Source: Acidobacteriota bacterium
Lineage (GTDB): Bacteria > Acidobacteriota > UBA6911 > RPQK01 > JACQSY01
Reading direction: 5' to 3'
Assembly: GCA_016211085.1 (NCBI GenBank)
Contig: JACQSY010000128.1
Coordinates: forward strand, 1,863-65,862
DNA: 64,000 nt
The notes beneath the pieces were generated by a model. The model saw only the letters and a list, made by a program, of their open reading frames with translations, had not been told where the DNA came from and made no database searches. Position numbers and translations under genes: made by a program. Positions 25,001 through 32,817 of this stretch are shown piece after piece (position 1 is the first letter of the stretch; each line of letters starts with the position of its first letter).

Positions 25001-25353
25001 GTCTGATTGACATCCTCTCAGGGCTTTGCAAATTCAGCAGATGAAACAACTCACCTCTCCTCAACGAAAAACGCCGATAAGCTCCAGCAAGACAGTCGAA
25101 GCCCTCTAATCTAAAGCGCACTCGTCATCGTGGGCAGCCCAGCCGGCCAGCGACGGAGAACCAGAACCAATCCGCAGGCGCCGGCGCGAGACTAAGAACG
25201 GGTCAACCTGTCGAAGCAACACTCCCGAAACCTCGACGCAATCGAAAAGCGACACCTTCTCCAGGCAGCCCTGACCCGGCCTCAATGGTTTATCCGCACG
25301 GCTTGCAGGCTCCGTGAGTCAGGTTTAAGAGGCTGGAGTGACAGGCAGAATCG

Positions 25354-25839
25354 ATGCCGCCGCGTTCCTCAGCCGTTCGTTCAAGTTGCTTCGCCAACGG
25401 CTCGTATCACGGCTATGAGGTCCGGCTTCGCGTGGAGCGCGTGGGCAACGGGTACGAGCCGTACCAGGTCAGGAACAGCCGCGACATCTACGACTTCATG
25501 CAGCCGCTGGCTGACGAGAGCAGCGAGTTCATGTACAGCTTGAATTTCGACGGCAAGAACCGCGTCACCGGCGTCTACCTGGTCGGCAAGGGCAGCTGCA
25601 CCTGCTGCATGGTCGATCCCAAGGAGGTCTTCAAGTCCGTGCTTGTCGCAAACAGCCCGGCCTTTGCCCTGGCCCACAATCACCCGTCCGGAATTGTGGA
25701 GCCGAGCCAGGAGGACCTTTCCATGATGACGCGTGTCAGTGACGGCGCCCGGCTGCTCGGCCTGACCTTCCTGGATTTCCTTATTGTCGGCTATGAGTCC
25801 TACCTGTCCGCGCTGGACCAGGGGTTGCTGAGAAGGTAA
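25354..25839 (+). CDS. radC: RadC-like JAB/MPN domain protein
   Basis: FALAHNHPSGIVEPSQEDLSMMTRV...GLTFLDFLIVG is a JAMM motif (H-x-H-P-S-G ... S/E-x2-D). Confidence 0.85.
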   Translation: MPPRSSAVRSSCFANGSYHGYEVRLRVERVGNGYEPYQVRNSRDIYDFMQPLADESSEFMYSLNFDGKNRVTGVYLVGKGSCTCCMVDPKEVFKSVLVANSPAFALAHNHPSGIVEPSQEDLSMMTRVSDGARLLGLTFLDFLIVGYESYLSALDQGLLRR

Positions 25840-25868
25840 GGAGAGGCGCGGGCGAGCCTTGCGTAATT

Positions 25869-25907
25869 CTTACCCGCAAGCTCTGCAAATCGCCGCACTC
25901 CTTTAAG
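25869..25907 (+). promoter_or_regulatory. Box CTTACCCGCAAG, then N21, then TTTAAG, 27 nt upstream of the orc1/cdc6-like copy 3 ATG
   Basis: The box is at 25869-25880, TTTAAG at 25902-25907 and the ATG at 25934. Confidence 0.45.
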
Positions 25908-25933
25908 TGAGAACATCACGAATCAATTACAGG

Positions 25934-26968
25934 ATGAGCGCGGATAAAATCATCGTGAAGCCCGAGATTCTTTCTGAAGGCTTTGTGCCGGAAACGATTC
26001 ACGGGAGAAGCGAGCATCTGGCGCAGCTGAGAAACTGCCTGGCTCCGGCCCTCAAGGGAAGAAAGCCTCTACACGCCCTTCTGACCGGGCCGACAGGGTC
26101 AGGCAAGACCGCTGTCGGTAAAGCGGCATTGAGCATGCTCAGGGAAAGCAAGGTCCCGATCGCGTTCGTGAACTGCCGCCTGAACAACAGCTTCTACGCG
26201 ATTCTCGACCAGGTGGTCGCGCAACTCGGAATCCTTCGGGCAGAGAAAATCGACACCGGATTCAAAATCAAAGCTGTGGAGGAGTACCTGGAAGGAAGGC
26301 CCGCGGTCATCGTGCTCAACGAGATCGACACCCTCACGCCAAAGGAGCGGAACAGCGTGCTCTACAATCTAACGGGCATCGGCAATATCGGCCTGGTGTG
26401 CATTTGCGAGGACGCGCACTTTCTCCACTCCCTGGAAGAGGAGGCAAAGTCGAGGCTCTACCCAACCCACATCGAGTTTCAGCCATACGAGCACCAGGAC
26501 ATGGCGCAAATAATCCGGGACAGATGCACGGCAGCCCTGGCCGAAGGAGCAGTTGAGCAAAAGCACATCGATTTCATAGCCGCGCAGTCAGAAGGCAATA
26601 TTCGCATTGCATTGGAGATTCTGCGGAAGGCGGCTTCCTTTGCGGAGCAGGACGGGAAACAAAGGCTCAGCGTAAAGCACCTCAAGCTGGCTTCGCTCGC
26701 GGCAAACGGGAGCAAGCGCGACTATTTGCTCAGTCAGAACGAGCATTACCGGATAATTTACGAGATCGTCCAAAAAAACAGCCCTGAGGGCATCATGTCC
26801 GGCCACCTCTGGAAAGCGTACACTGATTTTTGTTACCAGGAGAGCAAGCAGCCTGTCGCCAACCGAACGTTTTTGCTCTACCTGAAAAAACTTCAGTATC
26901 TCTCCCTGGTCATGGCAGAGCGGGCGGGCATCCGTGGGAATGTGAGGAGGTGGAGGGTGAGGGAGTAG
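25934..26968 (+). CDS. Orc1/Cdc6-like AAA+ ATPase with C-terminal winged helix, copy 3 (Walker B Asp replaced by Asn)
   Basis: FVPETIHGRSEHLAQLRNCL, Walker A GPTGSGKTA, Walker B AVIVLNEID, tail RTFLLYLKKLQYLSLV...GNVRRW. It is closest to copy 2. Confidence 0.85.
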   Translation: MSADKIIVKPEILSEGFVPETIHGRSEHLAQLRNCLAPALKGRKPLHALLTGPTGSGKTAVGKAALSMLRESKVPIAFVNCRLNNSFYAILDQVVAQLGILRAEKIDTGFKIKAVEEYLEGRPAVIVLNEIDTLTPKERNSVLYNLTGIGNIGLVCICEDAHFLHSLEEEAKSRLYPTHIEFQPYEHQDMAQIIRDRCTAALAEGAVEQKHIDFIAAQSEGNIRIALEILRKAASFAEQDGKQRLSVKHLKLASLAANGSKRDYLLSQNEHYRIIYEIVQKNSPEGIMSGHLWKAYTDFCYQESKQPVANRTFLLYLKKLQYLSLVMAERAGIRGNVRRWRVRE

Positions 26969-27031
26969 CCACATATTTTGGGGCCTGCGGTTTTAAAAAG
27001 TTTCGGCAGGAGGACTGGTTTGACTGGTGCA

Positions 27032-27197
27032 AGTGGATTTAACAGCTGCTACAACTGCGACCCGCCGCCAGCGGTTCAGGCAGCGATCCGCGGGAGGCAT
27101 TCGCACTGCGGTTTTATGGCAGATTATAGGATTGCCAGCGTTGGTTGACCGGGCAATCGAGACTGGGGAAGGAGCCGCTGCTTGCGAGTTGGTTTTG
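27032..27197 (+). pseudogene. 5'-truncated, frameshifted remnant of a family C small gene
   Basis: It aligns at the nucleotide level with 19813-19979 (CYNCDPPPAVQAAIRGRHSHCGFMADY vs CYNRDPLPAVQRAIRGRHAHHGFMAEY). Indels occur near 27130 and 27185. The second one removes the stop, which produces the chimeric track ORF 27027-27476. Confidence 0.6.
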
Positions 27198-27476
27198 ATG
27201 TGGTTCGAGGATGAGTTTCTCCGTCGATATCCATGTCTCGCCGCCCACCTGATGTGCGAGCGGGATGTGTACCAGCTCAGTCCCGCGGAAGCAGCCCTGG
27301 TTCTCAGAGATGCGAGGCACGGCTACCACTGCGAGCACGAATGGATTGAATACAAATACGAGGGCGATGCGATTGCCGCTGTCCGCGTGGCCATTCGCAA
27401 CCGGCACTGCCACAAAAAGGAAGATTACAGCACAGCAAAGACGCTGATCGACTTGGCGCTTGAAGGGGCGTTGTGA
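27198..27476 (+). CDS. Small protein, family C copy 3
   Basis: MWFEDEFLRRYPCLAAHLMCE...SPAEAA...EWI...RNRHCH...DYSTAKTLIDLAL. Confidence 0.55.
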   Translation: MWFEDEFLRRYPCLAAHLMCERDVYQLSPAEAALVLRDARHGYHCEHEWIEYKYEGDAIAAVRVAIRNRHCHKKEDYSTAKTLIDLALEGAL

Positions 27477-27542
27477 AGGGATCACATTTGGCGCCCATTG
27501 ACCAAAAAGGCGCGGCATTAACATCTGAGGAAGCTGTTCATC

Positions 27543-27786
27543 ATGGAAGAAATCAAAAGGTATCCCATCTGCCCGGCCTGCCAATCTTACGAGTTCGTCA
27601 TCGAAGGATTGGTTGGATATCGACAGTGGTACAACTCGCACGACGGGGACCACAGCGCCAGCAAGATTGACTGGGACGCAGATTTACCCGCAAAAGGTCT
27701 ATTGCGAGCGGTGCAAGCACGGCATGACCGATACCTTCATGGAAGACAAAATCCTGCCTTTTTACGGTGAGCCGCCTTTGGAATGA
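27543..27786 (+). pseudogene. Family B zinc-ribbon gene, copy 3, with a frameshift near 27681-27685
   Basis: Frame 0 gives YPICPACQSYEFVIEGLVGYRQWY...KIDWDAD. The family-conserved continuation YPQKVYCERCKHGMTDTFMEDKILPFYGEPPLE* is in the +1 frame and ends at 27786. Confidence 0.55.
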
Positions 27787-27881
27787 ATCATTAAACCGCA
27801 AATTCCGCATGCGGCACGACATCAGTTTTTCTCCACTCCGATGGGAACAAAAGAAGCGGTGGTCTTACGCAGCACATCGTC

Positions 27882-28628
27882 ATGTTTTCCGGCGGGATTG
27901 GAAGCTGGGCAGCTGCGAAGCGAGTGGCCGAGCAACACGGCACGAAAGATCTGCTGTTACTCTTTGCGGACACCCAGATGGAGGACGAAGACCTCTATCG
28001 TTTCCTTCACGAGGCTGCTGCAAACATCGGCGGTGAGCTTGTAAAGATTGCTGACGGCAGAGATCCCTGGCAGGTGTTCATTAATTGCCGGTTTCTGGGC
28101 AACAGCCGCGTGGACCCGTGCTCCAGAATCCTGAAGAGAGAGCTGCTCCGGCGTTGGCTGGAGCAAAATTGCAAGCCCGAATCGACAACCGTATATCTGG
28201 GAATCGACTGGACTGAAATCCATAGATTCGAGAGGGCGAAGCGTTACTGGCATCCCTGGAAGGTGGCGGTGCCGCTCTGCGAAAAGCCGTACCTTTCAAA
28301 GCCGGACATGTTTCAGCTTTTGGAAAGGGCAGGAATCGAGCCGCCCCGCCTCTACAAGATGGGCTTTCCTCACAACAACTGCGGGGGATTCTGCGTGAAG
28401 GCAGGCCAGGCGCAATTCCGGTTGCTACTGGAAAAGATGCCGGAGCGCTATCACTACCACGAAGCCAGAGAGCAGGAATTGCGCCGCCATCTCCGGAAAA
28501 ATGTGGCCATTCTCAAGGATAGGAGCGGCGGGAAGACGACGCCGTTGACACTGCGGGAATTCCGTGGCCGGGTAAAAGCAGGCCTGAACACCGGCAACGA
28601 TTGGGGAGGCTGCGGCTGTTTTCTGTGA
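27882..28628 (+). CDS. PAPS reductase-like PP-loop ATPase family protein
   Basis: The N-terminal PP-loop is MFSGGIGSWAAA and the Cys-rich C-terminus reads HNNCGGFCVKAG...GGCGCF. This is typical of the mobile-element PAPS-reductase/DndC-like group. Confidence 0.7.
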   Translation: MFSGGIGSWAAAKRVAEQHGTKDLLLLFADTQMEDEDLYRFLHEAAANIGGELVKIADGRDPWQVFINCRFLGNSRVDPCSRILKRELLRRWLEQNCKPESTTVYLGIDWTEIHRFERAKRYWHPWKVAVPLCEKPYLSKPDMFQLLERAGIEPPRLYKMGFPHNNCGGFCVKAGQAQFRLLLEKMPERYHYHEAREQELRRHLRKNVAILKDRSGGKTTPLTLREFRGRVKAGLNTGNDWGGCGCFL

Positions 28629-28681
28629 TGCTAAAAAGGTGATGACCTATCTCCTACATCTTCAAGCCCAAGACCAAGCAG

Positions 28682-28849
28682 GTGGATGAGGTGGCGCAGG
28701 TAGTCAAGGAGCTCAACATTGAAGGGCTGAATATTTCCAAATTTTACGAGTTTGCGGTCGACAGAGTGCTTTCGGATTACAAGAATAACCCGCGGGAGTT
28801 TGAACACAATCTCCGCATTTATCTCGACCTGCGAGGAAAAACCGAGTGA
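28682..28849 (+). CDS. Possible small protein (below the track threshold)
   Basis: My own translation gives VDEVAQVVKELNIEGLNISKFYEFAVDRVLSDYKNNPREFEHNLRIYLDLRGKTE. It reads as protein-like, whereas the antisense 86-aa track ORF does not. The start is uncertain. Confidence 0.3.
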   Translation: MDEVAQVVKELNIEGLNISKFYEFAVDRVLSDYKNNPREFEHNLRIYLDLRGKTE

Positions 28850-28880
28850 AAATAGGCGACAGCATCGGGCAGCAGCGAAA

Positions 28881-29576
28881 ATGACCGACACTAAGAGATT
28901 TCATCCGGTAGCTCTTTTTGTTCTCCTTACACTTGCGGTCACTCTCTACGCCCTCGCCATCGAGCCCTTCTCCGGCAAATGCGTGGGCGTCCAGGATGGA
29001 GACACGATTGAGGTCATGCGCTCTGCGCGGGCAGTCAGGGTCAGGTTGGATGGCATTGACTGTCCTGAGGCTGGTCAGGATTTCGGCTCCCGAGCCAAAC
29101 AGTTTACCTCCTCGATGGCTTTCGGCAAGCAGGTCACGGTGATGCCCAAAGAGTATGACAGGTACGGCAGGATCGTGGCTCGTGTGCTGGCGGACGGAAA
29201 AGATATCTCATTTGAGCTTGTTAAAGCCGGCCTTGCCTGGCACTACAAGCAGTATTCATCAGATCCGGAGCTGGCGGAAGCCGAGACGATGGCCAGAGCC
29301 CAGCAAATCGGTATCTGGTCGATGCCGAACCCCATTTCGCCACGGGCATATCGACGCGGGGAAAGGGGAGGACGAGTGGCGGCTCCAAGCGCCTCACCTC
29401 CACAGATGATCGCTGCAGTTTTTCACGGCAACGTGAGGAGCCGCGTCCTCCATGCGCCAACCTGTCGATATTACGACTGTAAGAATTGCACGGCTGTTTT
29501 CACATCCGTAGAGCAAGCAATCAAGGCCGGATACCGCGTTCACCGGGAGTGCATACATAATGCAGGAGTGGAGTAA
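28881..29576 (+). CDS. Staphylococcal-nuclease (SNase/thermonuclease)-like nuclease with N-terminal membrane anchor and C-terminal Cys/His motif
   Basis: VQDGDTIEV...VRLDGIDCPE...YGRIVARV...ELVKAGLAWHY...IGIWS carries the SNase signature residues. The C-terminus reads HAPTCRYYDCKNC...GYRVHREC. Confidence 0.8.
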   Translation: MTDTKRFHPVALFVLLTLAVTLYALAIEPFSGKCVGVQDGDTIEVMRSARAVRVRLDGIDCPEAGQDFGSRAKQFTSSMAFGKQVTVMPKEYDRYGRIVARVLADGKDISFELVKAGLAWHYKQYSSDPELAEAETMARAQQIGIWSMPNPISPRAYRRGERGGRVAAPSASPPQMIAAVFHGNVRSRVLHAPTCRYYDCKNCTAVFTSVEQAIKAGYRVHRECIHNAGVE

Positions 29577-29808
29577 GGAATCCCTGGGCCTGAAGATCGG
29601 CGACGTGATCGAATGGCAGGACGAGGCTCTGCCCGGACCGAACGGAATCCTCGTGGCCCCGGGAAGGAAGGGGAAAGTTGTCCAGCTGCTTGACGGCGCG
29701 TTTTTGGACGTTGTGTCGGGCTCAATCCCGCCCGGTGCGATTGTAGAGTTTAAGGGCGGGTTCAGGTTAATGATCGACAGCAGGGCGAAATTCAGGAAGG
29801 TTCTATGA
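29560..29808 (+). CDS. Hypothetical small protein
   Basis: 82 aa. The start overlaps the end of the nuclease gene. Confidence 0.4.
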   Translation: MQEWSKESLGLKIGDVIEWQDEALPGPNGILVAPGRKGKVVQLLDGAFLDVVSGSIPPGAIVEFKGGFRLMIDSRAKFRKVL

Positions 29809-29959
29809 ATCGATTCGAAGGTCCTCCTCGTCGTTACTTTGATGGGGAGTGTTATGACTGCCGTGGCGGTCTCATGGAACAGGCTGGTGAGGGCAAAGCC
29901 AATAACCTGTAATCCTAAATATCAGAAGCCACACTATTAATAATAGGCGGATGAAGCAA

Positions 29960-31342
29960 TCATGCGCCCGGAGGTAGTAGTACCTGTTCCAAGATTTTGC
30001 AGTTCACCTCAGAGCCGCCGGAGTTTTCCCGTATCCAGTCGATCTGGTTAAAGCCCTTCAGCGTATCCTGTGGGTACCACTGGGCCCGACGAGGCTGCAG
30101 CTTGAGCCATCCCTTTACAGCAAATCGCTGCACCACAGGGTCAAGCATTTCCAAACCGTTCGATCCACGTTTCCCCTGTTCCTCGGATAAGACAGCCTGC
30201 ATTATGGCCCCGAGCAGGAGTGCGCGCGTCATCTGGATGTCTTTTGCCTGCACAGATTCAGGACTTCCATCGAAATTAATGGGGAATCCACCCCGGAGGA
30301 TTCTCAGATAACCACGGGGAAGTTCATAAGAAACGTCGTCCAAAGCGTTGGGTGCCGGCAGACTTTGCCACAGTCTGTTGAAAGACCTCAGCAGCGAGAG
30401 AAACTCGCTATCCTCTGAGGAACAACTTATAAAGGTCTTGCAGCCCTCCACCTTCTCCAGCCATTTTGCAAGCCACAGAATATCTTTCCCTGTGCAGCCG
30501 AAGATATAATCCGCTTGCTTGAAAACATCTTGGATGTCCTCACACCAGTTAACATCGGGAGCACATCCGACGGCGGAGGGGTCACTGTCATGGGCAAAGA
30601 CCCCATACCCTCTACTTCGGAGTTCCCGTGCTACCGCTCGTCCGATGTTACCTAGGCCTATTACGCCGCACTTCCCCATTTTGCCATTCCGTGGAATCGC
30701 CAATCCGATCTTATCTATTACGGTTTTGCCGATCATCGGAGGCTCGATTTTCTTTTTAGCTGCCGAGCTTGCTACCTGTATGACCGGCAGCCTGAATGGC
30801 AATTGTTGAAGTCCGCTTGTTGTCTGTTCGATGCCGACAACTGTGTAATTCTTCAGCACCCACCTCGGAACCCCAGCTAGGCAGTGTCCGCCGTCGTCAA
30901 GCACCACTATGGTCTTGAATCCGGCTTCTGATGCTCTTTCCTGAAGCATTTTCCACATCTTTGCAATATCCCTCTTCAGGACATCGCCAAAGCCGCCCCA
31001 CCCTCTTGGCACCGTATCTTCTTGAACTTGAACCCCTAAGTTGCGCAGTTTGCGCTTGACCTCCTGGTTGGTAGAGTAGAATTTTCCGAGCAAGTAGATG
31101 TTTTGCGGCCGCGCGCCGAGCCGGATCAAAGTCCTGAACAGACTTCCGGTAGTTTCGAGCAAGTGCTGCACGCAAACAAACGCCACGTCCCCTATTCGCA
31201 CGTGTGCCATAGGAAACAGCTGCTGGTACATCTCTTCTAGAATTGGAAGTGTCGGAAAAGTGTTCTGGATTTCCGCATCCACGCGTGCCACCATCTGAAA
31301 AGCTCTATAAATATAAGAGTAACGAAAACTATTTAGCCTCAA
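29960..31342 (-). CDS. Adenosylhomocysteinase (AHCY)-fold, NAD-binding protein, divergent
   Basis: VQHLLETTGSLFRTLIRLGARPQNIYLLGKFYSTNQEV resembles AHCY ...TAVLIETL.ALGAEV...STQD. VVLDDGGH resembles ILDDGGD. GIEQTTSG resembles GxSEETTTG. The Rossmann motif is GVIGLGNIGRAVARELRSRGYGVFAHDSDP. Confidence 0.65.
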   Translation of the reverse strand: MRLNSFRYSYIYRAFQMVARVDAEIQNTFPTLPILEEMYQQLFPMAHVRIGDVAFVCVQHLLETTGSLFRTLIRLGARPQNIYLLGKFYSTNQEVKRKLRNLGVQVQEDTVPRGWGGFGDVLKRDIAKMWKMLQERASEAGFKTIVVLDDGGHCLAGVPRWVLKNYTVVGIEQTTSGLQQLPFRLPVIQVASSAAKKKIEPPMIGKTVIDKIGLAIPRNGKMGKCGVIGLGNIGRAVARELRSRGYGVFAHDSDPSAVGCAPDVNWCEDIQDVFKQADYIFGCTGKDILWLAKWLEKVEGCKTFISCSSEDSEFLSLLRSFNRLWQSLPAPNALDDVSYELPRGYLRILRGGFPINFDGSPESVQAKDIQMTRALLLGAIMQAVLSEEQGKRGSNGLEMLDPVVQRFAVKGWLKLQPRRAQWYPQDTLKGFNQIDWIRENSGGSEVNCKILEQVLLPPGA

Positions 31343-31473
31343 CCCGCCTGCAAAGCAGTGCGTTGTCCCCAGACTCGGATGACATACACGAAACGATGAT
31401 CCGGCTTCCTGATTTGGATACGTTGCAATGTTGAGATCCCTTGGACGATCATGACCACGTTCGTTATCGTCGT

Positions 31474-32802
31474 CTATTTTCGAGTAAGTTTGATCAAGGC
31501 ATGATAGAACTCAACGTCCAATGAGATCTTGCTATCTTTTGGAGCCCAGTCCTTTGTAGGGATCTCGCTCACATCCTTAAGGAGTCCAGACTCACCGGAA
31601 TAGGCAGTTCGGTCATCTCTTGTTTGCCGGAGTCGGGGGCTGCTCTTCTCGCCCTTCCTTGCTAACGACCGGCAGAAGAATTCAGTCCTGCCTAAATCTA
31701 TGTACTGATCTCCCGCCGCAAACTTCTTAAGATCTAAAGCAATCTCGTCGAGGAACAACTTCCAGCTTCTAGCCTTGGGGGGAATATACGCTAAAACAGA
31801 TGGACGACGTAAGGAATAAAAGCCGGTCATGCCAGAATCGGTCAAATGACAAGGCTGGAATATCACGGGGAAAAATCTGCCGATTCTGTTACTGACGATA
31901 AGTTCTTGGAATTGACTGAACGGTCCGGCAGGTTGTTTCGTTTTGACGACCGGTTGAAAAGCCGGTACATCACCTCTGGTGATTTGAAAGAGGTGCTTAA
32001 TTGTCTCGTAGTAGAAAACGGCCTCAACAGGAAGCCACTTTAATTTTGGTTTGTTGGCATGCTCAGAGTCGTAGACAGTGGCTTCGTGGGTGAAAGGACG
32101 GGCCTGCAAGCTGAATATCCTGCGTAGATAGTTGTCCATCTCACTGAACCCAGGCCGGCTTCCCATATACCATTCACCCGGGAATATCAAGACACAAGCA
32201 GCCCAATCCAACGTCCCTACTTGAGCCGCAAACTTGATTAATTCCCAGTTATCCTTCTCAAGCTTATCCCACTCCTCACGGCTTATTTGCTGGCACACGG
32301 CCTTCTCGAACTGATTCCTTAGTTTCGAGTCTTTGGTAGGCATTCCTATTACAACCGATCTCGCCCCTGAAGATATACTCCAAGGATACGCGATTGTCTG
32401 CTTGTCCAGTCTATCGACTGCTTCAAAGACTCCAAAGATTTCACCTTGGCTGAGCAAACGACGGGGAGACGGGAGATTTGGGTGCCCCCGCTTTACGAAA
32501 ACCTCCACGCAGTTTTGGAGAACTAAGGTCAAGGGGATTAAGCGATCGTTTAGAGAGGCCTCGAGTTCTTTACAAGAGTCACATCGGTCTGTCTTCTCGG
32601 CGGCGCATGGGGACAAAAATTTGCCTCTGTCTGCCAAAAGCTGACCGTAAGAATAAGTTGCGCGAAAAAGAAATAGATTCTTTGCAGATGAGCCTAGCGA
32701 GGCTGCGACCTTATCAGCGGCACCAGCAAAGTGTGAGTTTACTTTGCTTACGTCTTTGGCCACTTCCTCCCATCGGACTTTGGAAACGTGCTCACCCCTC
32801 AT
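31474..32802 (-). CDS. Unknown 442-aa protein, co-operonic with the ECF module and the AHCY-like gene
   Basis: It is a long clean ORF in the same orientation, starting 16 nt after the ATPase gene. I recognised no motif. Confidence 0.6.
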   Translation of the reverse strand: MRGEHVSKVRWEEVAKDVSKVNSHFAGAADKVAASLGSSAKNLFLFRATYSYGQLLADRGKFLSPCAAEKTDRCDSCKELEASLNDRLIPLTLVLQNCVEVFVKRGHPNLPSPRRLLSQGEIFGVFEAVDRLDKQTIAYPWSISSGARSVVIGMPTKDSKLRNQFEKAVCQQISREEWDKLEKDNWELIKFAAQVGTLDWAACVLIFPGEWYMGSRPGFSEMDNYLRRIFSLQARPFTHEATVYDSEHANKPKLKWLPVEAVFYYETIKHLFQITRGDVPAFQPVVKTKQPAGPFSQFQELIVSNRIGRFFPVIFQPCHLTDSGMTGFYSLRRPSVLAYIPPKARSWKLFLDEIALDLKKFAAGDQYIDLGRTEFFCRSLARKGEKSSPRLRQTRDDRTAYSGESGLLKDVSEIPTKDWAPKDSKISLDVEFYHALIKLTRK

Positions 32803-32817
32803 TGCCCGCCTCCTTTG

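Noticed and set aside
27682-27694. TTTACCCGCAAAA, which resembles the island box.
   Set aside because: It lies inside the coding sequence of the family B copy 3 gene (codons YPQK), has no TTTAA element downstream, and no gene start follows. It is probably coincidental.
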